Notes under the pieces: model-generated
What the model saw: the letters and a program-made list of their open reading frames with translations, nothing else
Database searches by the model: none
What the model was told of the DNA's origin: nothing
DNA from: a virus
Strand: one strand, 5' to 3'
Virus record (IMG/VR): IMGVR_UViG_3300042558_004148
Span: 207,416 to 271,415 of that record
Length of the DNA: 64,000 bases
Translations under genes and position numbers: made by a program
In this document: piece after piece, positions 9,402 through 19,016 of the stretch
Numbering within the stretch: the first letter of the stretch is position 1
How the letters are laid out: every line of letters starts with the position of its first letter

Positions 9402-9610
9402 TGGTATCTGCTGATTTCGTAAGAATGATGAGAGAAAGTGATGGTACCCCGAGAAATAAGGAGTATGTTGAACAGCTAGCGAGACAACATCAATATATTC
9501 TTGAATGGGATAAAGGTATTGCATATGCTGAGACCAGATGTGGTTGGAGAGAAGAAATGCAAAGGGACAGAGAAGCGGTAAGAAGAGCAAGAGCTAGAGG
9601 ATGTTGGTAA
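9401..9610 (+). CDS. hypothetical protein
   Basis: ORF track; ATGG overlap. Confidence 0.4.
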   Translation: MVSADFVRMMRESDGTPRNKEYVEQLARQHQYILEWDKGIAYAETRCGWREEMQRDREAVRRARARGCW

Positions 9611-9770
9611 TAGTTGGTAGTTATGAATAGTCAAGAAAAAGATCAAATTTCAATAATCATTATGGTTGCCTTATATGCATTTGCATTAGGGTTTCTTACA
9701 GCATCAGTATTATTGGACGATAGAGAAGTTACCGAGGAGGATATGATAGAATTAAATCAACCACAATATT

Positions 9771-10253
9771 ATGAATAATAATCAACCATGGTTAAGAGCC
9801 AGTATAAAAATAACTAAGCCAATCCTATTAATAGATATGGACGGGGTTATTTGTGATTTTGACAAGAGAGCAAAAGAATTAGAGCAGCAAGGTGTTAAAG
9901 GTCATAGTCTTTTTAGACATCCTGATGCATACAGGGCTTTGGAACCTATAGAAGGTGCTATAGATGCATGGCATGAACTACAGGAAAAATACGAGACGTA
10001 TATCTTAAGCACTCCACCATGGAGCAATCCTGATGCTTGGTCGGAAAAAAGAATCTGGGTTCAACAACATCTAGGAGATTCGGCTAAGAAAAAATTAATC
10101 CTATGTCATAATAAGGGATTAGTTAAGGGTGATTTTCTAATCGACGATAGAATAGCCAACGGTGTTGCAGACTTTGAAGGTGAGCATATTCATTTTGCAA
10201 CCGAGAAATTTCCAGGATGGGAAACAGTATTAGAATATCTTAAATCTAAGTAA
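9771..10253 (+). CDS. HAD-family 5'(3')-deoxyribonucleotidase-like protein
   Basis: Motif I LLIDMDGVICDF and a C-terminal FLIDDR (Asp pair) are typical of NT5C-type HAD nucleotidases. Confidence 0.55.
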   Translation: MNNNQPWLRASIKITKPILLIDMDGVICDFDKRAKELEQQGVKGHSLFRHPDAYRALEPIEGAIDAWHELQEKYETYILSTPPWSNPDAWSEKRIWVQQHLGDSAKKKLILCHNKGLVKGDFLIDDRIANGVADFEGEHIHFATEKFPGWETVLEYLKSK

Positions 10254-10254
10254 C

Positions 10255-10623
10255 ATGAATAAATTATTCATTCTTGCAGGTTCTTCTGGTAGTTATGACG
10301 ATTACGCAAGGATCAACATTGGAGTTTATGACTCCGAGGATGCAGCTAAGGAAGCTGGTGATAAATTTCTAAAGAGAAGAAATGATATCCTAAATAACGT
10401 CAACAATAAATGCCCATTAACACCGGATCAATTGAGAATCGTGGAGGAAACTTACGAAACTGATGGACTTACCGAATCTGAGATTGATTCATATTATTCA
10501 TGGTGGAATATCAAGAATATGCTGGAAGAAATAAATAATACCTATTATATCGAGGAGTTCATGCTAAACGTTGACACTTCAGAAAACATAATGGACTTTG
10601 AGGTAGGTGAGGAATATATTTAA
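10255..10623 (+). CDS. hypothetical protein
   Basis: ORF track. Confidence 0.45.
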   Translation: MNKLFILAGSSGSYDDYARINIGVYDSEDAAKEAGDKFLKRRNDILNNVNNKCPLTPDQLRIVEETYETDGLTESEIDSYYSWWNIKNMLEEINNTYYIEEFMLNVDTSENIMDFEVGEEYI

Positions 10624-10849
10624 AAGCTTAAGAGATCAATATTATGATGTTATATTAAGTAAGATCATGATACCTAGGGAAGAACTTAATGAGGTTGAAA
10701 TGGAGATTATAGATGCTGGATTTGAGTTAATGAAGGAGAAACTCGAGGACATTAAAATTCTAAACGATGACATAAAGAGACTCTCGATAGAGAATGCTAA
10801 TCTAAAGGCATATAACGACGATAAAGACTACGGAGATGAAGAAGAATAA
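10607..10849 (+). CDS. hypothetical protein
   Basis: ORF track. Confidence 0.4.
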   Translation: MRNIFKSLRDQYYDVILSKIMIPREELNEVEMEIIDAGFELMKEKLEDIKILNDDIKRLSIENANLKAYNDDKDYGDEEE

Positions 10850-10882
10850 TTTTTTATCTCCGTCTTTTTTTGTTATATTTGC
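10850..10882 (+). promoter_or_regulatory. phage promoter: upstream element TTTTTTATCTCCGTC plus -7 TATATTTG
   Basis: Matches the recurring element + N9 + TAnnTTTG architecture; about 15 nt before ATG 10897. Confidence 0.55.
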
Positions 10883-10896
10883 TAAAAAATAAAGAT

Positions 10897-11628
10897 ATGT
10901 TTAAATTTTACGAGGTTGGTGGAAAGGTTAGAGACGAGATTTTAGGATTACAGTCTAAAGACGTTGATTATGTTGCAGTTCCGAATGATGCTTTATTAAG
11001 CAAATATAAGGAGGCATATGAAATGTTTCTGTCTCTCGAGAATTATCTTACAACAAATGGATTTGAAATATTCCTATCTACTCCTGATTGCTATACAATT
11101 AGAGCGAAGTTTCCGAAAGACCATGTATATTCAGGCGTAGCGGACTTCGTAATGGCACGAAAAGAAGTTGGTTATGTTACAGGCACAAGAACTCCAATAG
11201 TTAAGCCAGGCACTCTATATGACGATCTAGAGCGAAGAGATTTTACCCTCAATGCTCTTGCTAAGGATGACGATGGAACCATCATAGACTTTTTTAATGG
11301 GATAGACGATCTTAAAGCTGGTGTATTGAAAACACCTCTTGATTGCAAGGTGACATTTGACGACGATCCGCTAAGAATTCTGAGAGCTATTAGATTTTCT
11401 ATAACCAAGGGATTTACCATGACACCACATATGGCCATCGTTATTGATTCCTACAATTATGACGAAAAAATGTCAGTGGTTTCAACCGAGAGAATCAGGG
11501 AGGAATTATATAAATGTTTCAAAGAGAATACATTAGGAACGCTAAGAATTCTTAATGAATTTCCAACTCTAAGAAATTACATTTTTGAAAAAACTGATCT
11601 TTGGTTAAAGCCAACTAACGAAAAATAG
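10897..11628 (+). CDS. tRNA nucleotidyltransferase (CCA-adding enzyme, head domain only)
   Basis: MFKFYEVGGKVRDEILGLQSKDVDYVAV matches the GGxVRD...DxD head motif and RRDFTLNALA matches RRDFTINA. The track start at 10870 is a TTG lying inside the -7 box, so the ATG at 10897 is preferred. Confidence 0.8.
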   Translation: MFKFYEVGGKVRDEILGLQSKDVDYVAVPNDALLSKYKEAYEMFLSLENYLTTNGFEIFLSTPDCYTIRAKFPKDHVYSGVADFVMARKEVGYVTGTRTPIVKPGTLYDDLERRDFTLNALAKDDDGTIIDFFNGIDDLKAGVLKTPLDCKVTFDDDPLRILRAIRFSITKGFTMTPHMAIVIDSYNYDEKMSVVSTERIREELYKCFKENTLGTLRILNEFPTLRNYIFEKTDLWLKPTNEK

Positions 11629-11633
11629 ATAAT

Positions 11634-12371
11634 ATGGCTGATAATATATTCTGTCCGGTGTGCAAGTGTCAATTACACGTAACACATAGTGCAAGGTATG
11701 AATCTAGAGAAGAGCACATCTCAAATCCGAATGGTCCATTTTCTATGAAGGATGGATATCAATGTACCAATGTTAGTTGGTGTGAAGCTTCATATCTAAA
11801 TTATACGTGGATACATGATGGTGATTATTATTCAAATCCACCAGAAGGTATCAGCTACTCTGAGGCTTCCAAGAGATTGAAAGCAGCTAGTGTATCTGGA
11901 ATGGGTTATGCACTTAATTCATGGGAACATTATTACGAATTAGGAAAACTTAATGTCGACAAAAGAAAAAAGACTGTCTATATCGGAAAATACATGATTA
12001 AGATAGAGCCTAAAACTTACGGCTATGATTACCCAATCGAAAAACAATATATGCCAAGAAGATTTGGGTGGAAATTTGAATTTTTCCAGAGGACCAGTGA
12101 TGGATGCTACACAAACATAATACCAACATACAGAATGGTTAGGTATTGTTTGAGACAGTTCAATATGAATTATCGCAACATAAAACAAAACAGCTCTTCC
12201 AGCAATGGATCAATTAAGGAGGCTTTATCGATGATAAATTGTACCAATTGGGGTAGAACCCCTGATGATAGACTTTATGCTAAAATATCATCATTCCTCG
12301 TTAGACTATTCTACCCAAAGAAGGTTAAATACGTAAGGGAAATAGCTGAATCAAATCAAATCAAATATTAA
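11634..12371 (+). CDS. hypothetical Cys-rich protein
   Basis: ORF track; N-terminal CPVCKC...H. Confidence 0.45.
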   Translation: MADNIFCPVCKCQLHVTHSARYESREEHISNPNGPFSMKDGYQCTNVSWCEASYLNYTWIHDGDYYSNPPEGISYSEASKRLKAASVSGMGYALNSWEHYYELGKLNVDKRKKTVYIGKYMIKIEPKTYGYDYPIEKQYMPRRFGWKFEFFQRTSDGCYTNIIPTYRMVRYCLRQFNMNYRNIKQNSSSSNGSIKEALSMINCTNWGRTPDDRLYAKISSFLVRLFYPKKVKYVREIAESNQIKY

Positions 12372-12404
12372 TTTTTTATCTCCGTATAAATTGAATATAT
12401 TTGC
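12372..12404 (+). promoter_or_regulatory. phage promoter: TTTTTTATCTCCGTA - N9 - TATATTTG
   Basis: -7 box at 12396..12403; ATG at 12425. Confidence 0.55.
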
Positions 12405-12424
12405 TAATAATTAAAAATAAAATT

Positions 12425-12844
12425 ATGGCGGTAATATCAATTAGTTATGATGGTGGTGGTAAAGAATATGATGATGACGATAACATCATCTCAGAAACTC
12501 CAATAGTATACCAATTCGTAGAATTATCTAATCAGAAGGAGGGAAGAATCAAATTCAATAGTGGTAACTTCGTCAAGGATTGGTATGACGCAAAGAAAAA
12601 ATATTTGGAAACCGAGGAAGAGGATCCAGTATTTTGTCATTCATCATCAGTTGATCACTTTCTTATGGATGGAGCTAAGTATGACAGCGCTTATCTTCAT
12701 GTAGTGGACGGTAAACCTGTTCTTAAATACTTAGACCGAACCAAAGATGATTGGTACATCGATCCGATTGGGGATGGCTGGGAATTTTTTGTCAATGAAG
12801 GTGAAACTCCAACATTCGATGAACTTAAGGAATCTTGCAAATAA
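12425..12844 (+). CDS. hypothetical protein
   Basis: The track start 12401 is a TTG inside the -7 box, so the ATG at 12425 is preferred. Confidence 0.45.
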   Translation: MAVISISYDGGGKEYDDDDNIISETPIVYQFVELSNQKEGRIKFNSGNFVKDWYDAKKKYLETEEEDPVFCHSSSVDHFLMDGAKYDSAYLHVVDGKPVLKYLDRTKDDWYIDPIGDGWEFFVNEGETPTFDELKESCK

Positions 12845-13479
12845 TTATGAAAACAACTATCAAATATAAGGTCTTATATTACCACGGAGGAATGGGCGAA
12901 ATCAAGGTTGATTACGATTGTCCGGATTTTAGTGATATTGAGGTTGAACCATTAGTTCTAAATGGCAAGCAGGTAACCGATGGACATATTCACACAATAG
13001 AATCCCAGATTGATGAGTGGGTAGGTGAATTTGACAAGAAGGAGTGGATGAATTCCAATGACATCATGACCATATTTGATTGGCAAGTGGTGAGTGCAAA
13101 ATCTAAGGAATCTCCAAACATAAACTTGGTGGTCAAAGAAAAAAAATTAACTCAATCGGAGATGGTTGGTCTATTCGTTCAAATGTCTTCAATGTCAGAC
13201 GATTTAAAGCTGGAATTTATTGCTGTCTATAAGGAACTAAAACCCACAATCAAAAATTTAAAATTCGATAAGCAAATTGATATCACATTCAAGGGATTAA
13301 ATATTGGTATGAAAGCTGCAAGTCAGGCATATAAGTACATCAGTGAGTTTTCAAAGACCATGAGTGGCATGAAAACAGATGACTATAAATCAATATCTTG
13401 GGGTGAAACCATCTTTGATAAGGACAAGATGCTTGATGATGCGAAAGATACAACGATTAAAAAATTAGCTAATGACTAG
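12835..13479 (+). CDS. hypothetical protein
   Basis: ORF track. Confidence 0.45.
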   Translation: MQIIMKTTIKYKVLYYHGGMGEIKVDYDCPDFSDIEVEPLVLNGKQVTDGHIHTIESQIDEWVGEFDKKEWMNSNDIMTIFDWQVVSAKSKESPNINLVVKEKKLTQSEMVGLFVQMSSMSDDLKLEFIAVYKELKPTIKNLKFDKQIDITFKGLNIGMKAASQAYKYISEFSKTMSGMKTDDYKSISWGETIFDKDKMLDDAKDTTIKKLAND

Positions 13480-13822
13480 AAGTCTAAAATTCTATAGAGA
13501 TCCAGATGGATGGTTTGTTGATCTACCTGAATGGGAAGGTTCTAAAGCTGATCTACAGATGGTTGCAGGAGCTGACGTATTTCTGGATATAATGTCACAG
13601 GGAGAAAATGAGGTTTATTTAACATTATCAGATACTCCAATGGATAACTGCAGCCAATTAACATTCAAAGAAATTGGGAGGTTGGAAGGATTTGAATTAG
13701 GAGAGGGAGCATGGTACGTTCTTAATGAGTATATTGGGATAGAATATAATCATGATATGTGGCTATGTGATGTCACTAAATTTGTATTTGGCGAATTTCC
13801 TAAAATAATATACTTTATATGA
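13472..13822 (+). CDS. hypothetical protein
   Basis: ORF track. Confidence 0.45.
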   Translation: MTRSLKFYRDPDGWFVDLPEWEGSKADLQMVAGADVFLDIMSQGENEVYLTLSDTPMDNCSQLTFKEIGRLEGFELGEGAWYVLNEYIGIEYNHDMWLCDVTKFVFGEFPKIIYFI

Positions 13823-14679
13823 ATAAGCTAGAATACGTAACGAGACAATTAGCGAGAGCTGAAAGAAAAAGATACGAACATTATGTTGTTAGTAGGGTAT
13901 TTCATTTGTTGAATGATCTGTCCATTAAATTCATAACCCAGCAGTATGTAAATCGTCCTAGCGGTAGAGCTTTAACCGACATGTACTTTCCTCAATTTGG
14001 TGTTCATATAGAAGTGGACGAGCCACACCACAACAATCAAATTCAGGAAGATAAGCTAAGAGAACTCGATATAGTAAATGCAACTGGTCACGACATCATA
14101 AGGATAACAGTTTCTAATCAAACGATCGAAGATGTTAATGCGCAGATAGATTATGTTGTTAACCTAATAAAATCTAGGAAGTTAAATGATCCAGATTTTA
14201 AAGAATGGGATCCTGAACTGGAGCATAACACCGAAACATATTTAGCAAAAGGGAATATAGATCTTTCGGATAATTGCTCCTTCATGACCATGGTCGATGG
14301 AGCTAATTGTTTTGGTAATAGTTATAAACCTGGTGGAATTTGGAAGGGCGGAGCCAAGCACCAACACGAGGATAAGATCATATGGTTCCCGAAGTTATAT
14401 CCAAATAAAAAATGGATTAATACTATATCGGATGACGAGGAGATGATTACCGAAAAATCGGTTGATTCGGACATCACTGAAAAGTATGTTGATAAAATGA
14501 AATCAAAAGATCAGCCAAATCGTATAGTCTTTGCAAGAGTAAAGAGTCCGCTTGGTGAAGTTATGTACAGGTTTAGAGGAGAATATAAATTTGATACTGG
14601 TGCATCCAATTACGATGACGGTCTAATATTCAGAAGAATAGCAACTTCAGTAAAAACTTATAGAGACAATAGAATATAA
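13819..14679 (+). CDS. hypothetical protein with N-terminal DUF559/endonuclease-like domain
   Basis: LTDMYFPQFGVHIEVDEPHH...DKLRELDIVNATGHDIIRI resembles the DUF559 / Vsr-like nuclease fold (…iEvDG.H……D..Rd..L…G..vlR). Confidence 0.35.
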   Translation: MNKLEYVTRQLARAERKRYEHYVVSRVFHLLNDLSIKFITQQYVNRPSGRALTDMYFPQFGVHIEVDEPHHNNQIQEDKLRELDIVNATGHDIIRITVSNQTIEDVNAQIDYVVNLIKSRKLNDPDFKEWDPELEHNTETYLAKGNIDLSDNCSFMTMVDGANCFGNSYKPGGIWKGGAKHQHEDKIIWFPKLYPNKKWINTISDDEEMITEKSVDSDITEKYVDKMKSKDQPNRIVFARVKSPLGEVMYRFRGEYKFDTGASNYDDGLIFRRIATSVKTYRDNRI

Positions 14680-14807
14680 ATTAAACAACTAATATATGAC
14701 AGCAAAAGATTTAATTTCGGAATTATCTAAAATGGATCCTGATAAGATTGTAATACTGACAGATCCTGATGGAATTGGATGGTCAAATATAGGCAAAGTT
14801 ACCGAAG

Positions 14808-15056
14808 GTGTCTCTGATATTAAGATATCTGAGGACGATAACGCATTTGATAATTAATATGGCAGCAATTCAGATAGTTAAGATGGATCATTCAATCATA
14901 GATTGGTTTTACATGATGATGGATCTTGGTAACGAATCTCTAGAATATAGAGAAGTAACGATAAAAGAATTTAAAGAGAATCTACTAAGATCTTTACAAA
15001 CAGGTCCGGAGAAAAAAGAAATCGTATGGATAAAAGAAGGGGAGGAGATAAAATAA
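14808..15056 (+). CDS. hypothetical protein
   Basis: ORF track; start uncertain. Confidence 0.3.
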   Translation: MSLILRYLRTITHLIINMAAIQIVKMDHSIIDWFYMMMDLGNESLEYREVTIKEFKENLLRSLQTGPEKKEIVWIKEGEEIK

Positions 15057-15418
15057 TGAAAAAGTTAGACTTTATAAACCTAATAACAACCTATGCATCA
15101 CACTTCAGAGATCTAAACGAATCTACGGAAGCTGATGAGATATTAGCAGAATTCATAAATTATATTGCTGGTAACCAGGGTGTTGATTATGGAATATATG
15201 CGAGTGATCTGGAAAAACACAAGAGGCGAGTCTATAACCCGCAGGATTCCGATGTTATAATAAACATGTCCAAGCAAATCGGTGAACTAAATACCGCATT
15301 ATCAACTATATACATGAATTCAAGAACCCCGCAGGTAAGAACCTTGATAGAGCATCTGGGGGAAAAATTCGGAGGGGATTTAGAAAGATCAGTGGCGTTA
15401 CATAAAGAGGAAATATAA
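15026..15418 (+). CDS. hypothetical protein
   Basis: ORF track. Confidence 0.45.
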   Translation: MDKRRGGDKIMKKLDFINLITTYASHFRDLNESTEADEILAEFINYIAGNQGVDYGIYASDLEKHKRRVYNPQDSDVIINMSKQIGELNTALSTIYMNSRTPQVRTLIEHLGEKFGGDLERSVALHKEEI

Positions 15419-15642
15419 TGAATAAATTCAGAGCAATTCTTACAGTATTTTTTATGGTCATCATACCGATGGCTATTCTAAATTGCATTTTATATTTAAT
15501 TGGAAGCTTTATTGCTTGGGATTGGAACCCACTTAATTGGCTTTTATTAAGTGAATCGGTAGGTAGGGTAATTTTGGTTATTCTTGAAATAGTATTTCTT
15601 GTAAATTCTCCTAATTTTTTTGACGAAGATTTCGAGCTATAA
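15418..15642 (+). CDS. small membrane protein
   Basis: Two hydrophobic helices. Confidence 0.4.
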   Translation: MNKFRAILTVFFMVIIPMAILNCILYLIGSFIAWDWNPLNWLLLSESVGRVILVILEIVFLVNSPNFFDEDFEL

Positions 15643-16154
15643 TGAGAGTTATATTTCTTGACATAGACGGTGTTTTAAATACATGGGATTATATAGGTTC
15701 ATTATATCTTCTAGCAAGTAAACATAAGGTGGGTTCGAGTATCGATGAATATGGACAGCTATTTGATCCAAGGTGTGTCAATTATCTGGATTACATAATT
15801 AGAGAGACAGATGCTAAGATAGTCATAAGCTCAACATGGAGAAATAAAGGTATAAGCAATCTGCAGGAAATGTGGGAAATGAGGGATTTACCTGGAGAAA
15901 TAATAGACATAACCCCGCTTACCTTGGATGGAGAAATTGTTGAGAGATACTATCACGTCGATGCTGATAGGGGATACGAGATACAGGAATGGTTGGATAA
16001 CCACGACGATATAGAGTCATATGTCATCCTTGATGACATGTCGGATATGCTCCCATCGCAAAATTTCGTAAAATGTGACGGTAAATTTGGAATAACCAGA
16101 GAGGTTGCTAACATGGCAATACACCACTTAATAAAGGAAAAATATTCGGAATAA
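15642..16154 (+). CDS. HAD-superfamily phosphatase
   Basis: Motif I VIFLDIDGVLN, a Ser/Thr motif (ISSTWR) and a later ILDDMSD. Confidence 0.5.
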   Translation: MRVIFLDIDGVLNTWDYIGSLYLLASKHKVGSSIDEYGQLFDPRCVNYLDYIIRETDAKIVISSTWRNKGISNLQEMWEMRDLPGEIIDITPLTLDGEIVERYYHVDADRGYEIQEWLDNHDDIESYVILDDMSDMLPSQNFVKCDGKFGITREVANMAIHHLIKEKYSE

Positions 16155-16206
16155 AATTATTATTTACCGTAATGCTGATCTATATTTGTAAAAAATAATA
16201 AGTATT

Positions 16207-16911
16207 ATGAGTTTATTAGATAAATGGATATTATCAAGAGCTAAAAAAATAGAGGCTAAAAAGAAGGCTCTATATGAATCAGAAACCAAGAAGAGAAAAA
16301 CCATTTCAGATTCGATGAAATTGGTAAAGGAAATACTAATCCGCAGAATAAATAAGGAAGCTAAAGAATTAGCTGATACCGAAACCCACATAAGCATCGG
16401 AGACAAAGCCATATTAAATGTATATTCATTGGGCGGCAAGAATGGATCTAATGGATGGGACGGTGGAACTTCATCTCTCATTAAGAACATACCAAAGGAA
16501 GAATTAAACGAACCAGTAATTGTTGAGATCTCCGAAATTTATATAGACACCTCACTTGCTGAGGAAAGAGTTGGTAGATTCGTGGATAACCTAGATAATG
16601 ATTTACTACTATTAATAATGAACGATGAGAAATTAGTATTTGAAGAATACACCTACTGGTTAATCAATAGAACAGGATCGGGTGATTATGGTTTATATAA
16701 AACCGCATATTTCAAATATGATGGTACATTCCAGCCAAAATGGGGTCTTAATATAGATTCATTTCTAAAGGAGGGAACACCAGAATATAAAAAGACTTAT
16801 TCTCTATGGAAAAGAGAATTGGTATTAAATTCAAAGATCGAAAAACTAAAAACTCAGCTTAAAAAGCTTGACGCGGAGAGGGAGAAGATAATGAATGAAT
16901 TGGTAAATTAA
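16207..16911 (+). CDS. hypothetical protein (coiled-coil C-terminus)
   Basis: ORF track. Confidence 0.45.
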   Translation: MSLLDKWILSRAKKIEAKKKALYESETKKRKTISDSMKLVKEILIRRINKEAKELADTETHISIGDKAILNVYSLGGKNGSNGWDGGTSSLIKNIPKEELNEPVIVEISEIYIDTSLAEERVGRFVDNLDNDLLLLIMNDEKLVFEEYTYWLINRTGSGDYGLYKTAYFKYDGTFQPKWGLNIDSFLKEGTPEYKKTYSLWKRELVLNSKIEKLKTQLKKLDAEREKIMNELVN

Positions 16912-17217
16912 TTGTTGAATATGAATAAGGAAAGAAACGAATTCTTAGAAATGGACGGTCTATATTGGGAATCTGAAACCCATGAGTGGTTTCATGATAA
17001 AACTAGTACTCAGTATGCTCAAAGCGATAATGGTCTTAACAAAGATGCCTTAAAAAATATCTTCTGTTTTGTTACAAGAAACAAGGAGACTGGGGAATAT
17101 GACAGGGTAATGATGGACTCTAAAACAAACGAGGTCATTTACGACACCAAAGTTCTTGAAGAGATGGCATTCGAAATTGATAGAATGAAAGTTTTAAAAA
17201 GATTCAATGTTAGCTGA
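16912..17217 (+). CDS. hypothetical protein
   Basis: ORF track. Confidence 0.4.
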   Translation: MLNMNKERNEFLEMDGLYWESETHEWFHDKTSTQYAQSDNGLNKDALKNIFCFVTRNKETGEYDRVMMDSKTNEVIYDTKVLEEMAFEIDRMKVLKRFNVS

Positions 17218-17419
17218 AAATTATAAATTAGGATATAAGGTAACTACCGAATACTACTACCATGGAGAAGTTTTTACGGTAGTTGGAATTCGAGAAGATG
17301 AATTAGAACTTCGTGGGGATTGGTCAGGGGGAACTCATAACGTAGATCAAACAGATTGGTACCCGATAGAAAAATGTAAACCAGTGCTTCCCAATATTGA
17401 ATGGGATAATATTAAATAA
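17207..17419 (+). CDS. hypothetical protein
   Basis: ORF track. Confidence 0.4.
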   Translation: MLAENYKLGYKVTTEYYYHGEVFTVVGIREDELELRGDWSGGTHNVDQTDWYPIEKCKPVLPNIEWDNIK

Positions 17420-17427
17420 TAATACTA

Positions 17428-17877
17428 ATGGAAACGATATACAGTAAAATAATTTGGGGAGAACTTGGATTAAAAGATTATAAGATTCATCTGGAGGAAT
17501 CAGAAAAAACCAGAGATCTTATTTTGGGATGGGTACGTGATACTGATCTACCTAAGGTGGAGGAAGTTCTTTCCGAACTAAGCTGGATCAGAAAAACAAC
17601 ATACGAAACATATTACGACGGACCATTCTATGGATTCTCCCAGCACGATGATGCTATACTGGATAATCTGGAGGGACATAAGTGCGACCTATTAATTCAC
17701 GATTCCGCCCTGTTTACCACCATTCTAGAAATGGCAATTAGAACTAGAATGACCCCATCAGATTTTGTTTTCATGTCACAGATTTTGGAGGAATTCTGGA
17801 AAAAAGTTCCGGTTGATGGATCATGCTCCTCAGATGGACACAACTGGGGATATAAAGTAGAGGATAACGAAAAATAA
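17428..17877 (+). CDS. hypothetical protein
   Basis: ORF track. Confidence 0.45.
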   Translation: METIYSKIIWGELGLKDYKIHLEESEKTRDLILGWVRDTDLPKVEEVLSELSWIRKTTYETYYDGPFYGFSQHDDAILDNLEGHKCDLLIHDSALFTTILEMAIRTRMTPSDFVFMSQILEEFWKKVPVDGSCSSDGHNWGYKVEDNEK

Positions 17878-17887
17878 TAATAAAAAT

Positions 17888-18487
17888 ATGAGCTACACAG
17901 AATTTCACACAGGTAAATTATATCGCGTAAAAATCGAACACGATATAGAGGACACTTGCAGAACAATTGCAAAAAGATTTGATATTGATTTAGGTGAAGA
18001 TTGGAAAGAGGAATTCCGGGATAATTTTAACGAATATGCAAATAAAAGAGGGGATGCTAAGGAAGAATATTTCATTCACGGCGAGGATCTTTATAGAGTT
18101 ATAGATCACGAGGAAAGAGAGGATGAAGAATATTTCATGAAGCTGGATAGAAACCCGGACGGGAGCATCTCATTCATTGGACAATTCTATAATGGCGGAA
18201 CATGCTTCTCGGAGATGCTGGAGGATGCGCTAGGTGGATTGAAACCATCTTATCAAAAACAGATCAAGGAAACAATCGAGGAAATCTGTGCAACCCACGT
18301 AGTTGATAGTCCAACATCAATTCCGGGTGCAGCTAAGATGATAGCTACCTATAAAGGTCTAGAAAAAGCTATTGAGCTTTATGAGGGTGCTGCTAAAGAA
18401 ATGAAGCATGATATATTCAAATCATCAGCATATGAGGCAACATTGGAAACCATATTAAAGAATTTTAAACCAGACCAGAATGGATAA
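17888..18487 (+). CDS. hypothetical protein
   Basis: ORF track. Confidence 0.45.
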   Translation: MSYTEFHTGKLYRVKIEHDIEDTCRTIAKRFDIDLGEDWKEEFRDNFNEYANKRGDAKEEYFIHGEDLYRVIDHEEREDEEYFMKLDRNPDGSISFIGQFYNGGTCFSEMLEDALGGLKPSYQKQIKETIEEICATHVVDSPTSIPGAAKMIATYKGLEKAIELYEGAAKEMKHDIFKSSAYEATLETILKNFKPDQNG

Positions 18488-18728
18488 CGGAAGTAAATAT
18501 GTGTCGGAATTTCTTCTCAGAAATTCTTTCATGGAGCTGGAGGGAAATACATTTAGCAATGCTCTAAGTACCGTAGTGATACACGATGATCACTACCAAG
18601 TAATCTTCATGTATCCTGATTACAATCTGGGCGATAATGTGGAAATGTTCACTGAATCATTAAATATTTTCCAGTTGGTCGGGATACTGACTTGGTTTGG
18701 TTTAATCGATAGAAACTACTCTAAATAA
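18480..18728 (+). CDS. hypothetical protein
   Basis: ORF track. Confidence 0.4.
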   Translation: MDNGSKYVSEFLLRNSFMELEGNTFSNALSTVVIHDDHYQVIFMYPDYNLGDNVEMFTESLNIFQLVGILTWFGLIDRNYSK

Positions 18729-18931
18729 TGAGACAATTAATTTTAATAGCAATAGCTATACTCTCGATTTCATGTAATGTTGAAATGAGAATAAAAGATC
18801 ACAGTTATACCGATAAATGGCACTATGAGAATGGTAATAGATATCAGGTTTACCAAACTAAAAAAGGTACAAAATACATAATCATTTTAAATAAAAGAGA
18901 AACAAAAATGATTAGAAAGTATATAGATTAA
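18728..18931 (+). CDS. small secreted/lipoprotein-like protein
   Basis: Signal-peptide-like N-terminus ILSISC. Confidence 0.4.
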   Translation: MRQLILIAIAILSISCNVEMRIKDHSYTDKWHYENGNRYQVYQTKKGTKYIIILNKRETKMIRKYID

Positions 18932-19016
18932 TATTTTTAACCCGCATCCGCTAAAATAAATTTATCGGAATTGATGGAAAAGCATTAATGATTTGGATAT
19001 ATAAAATAAAAAAACT

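Noticed and set aside
16164-16490. Minus-strand ORF overlapping the + gene 16207..16911.
   Set aside because: It is antisense to a gene that sits in a continuous + strand array, and its translation is low-complexity.
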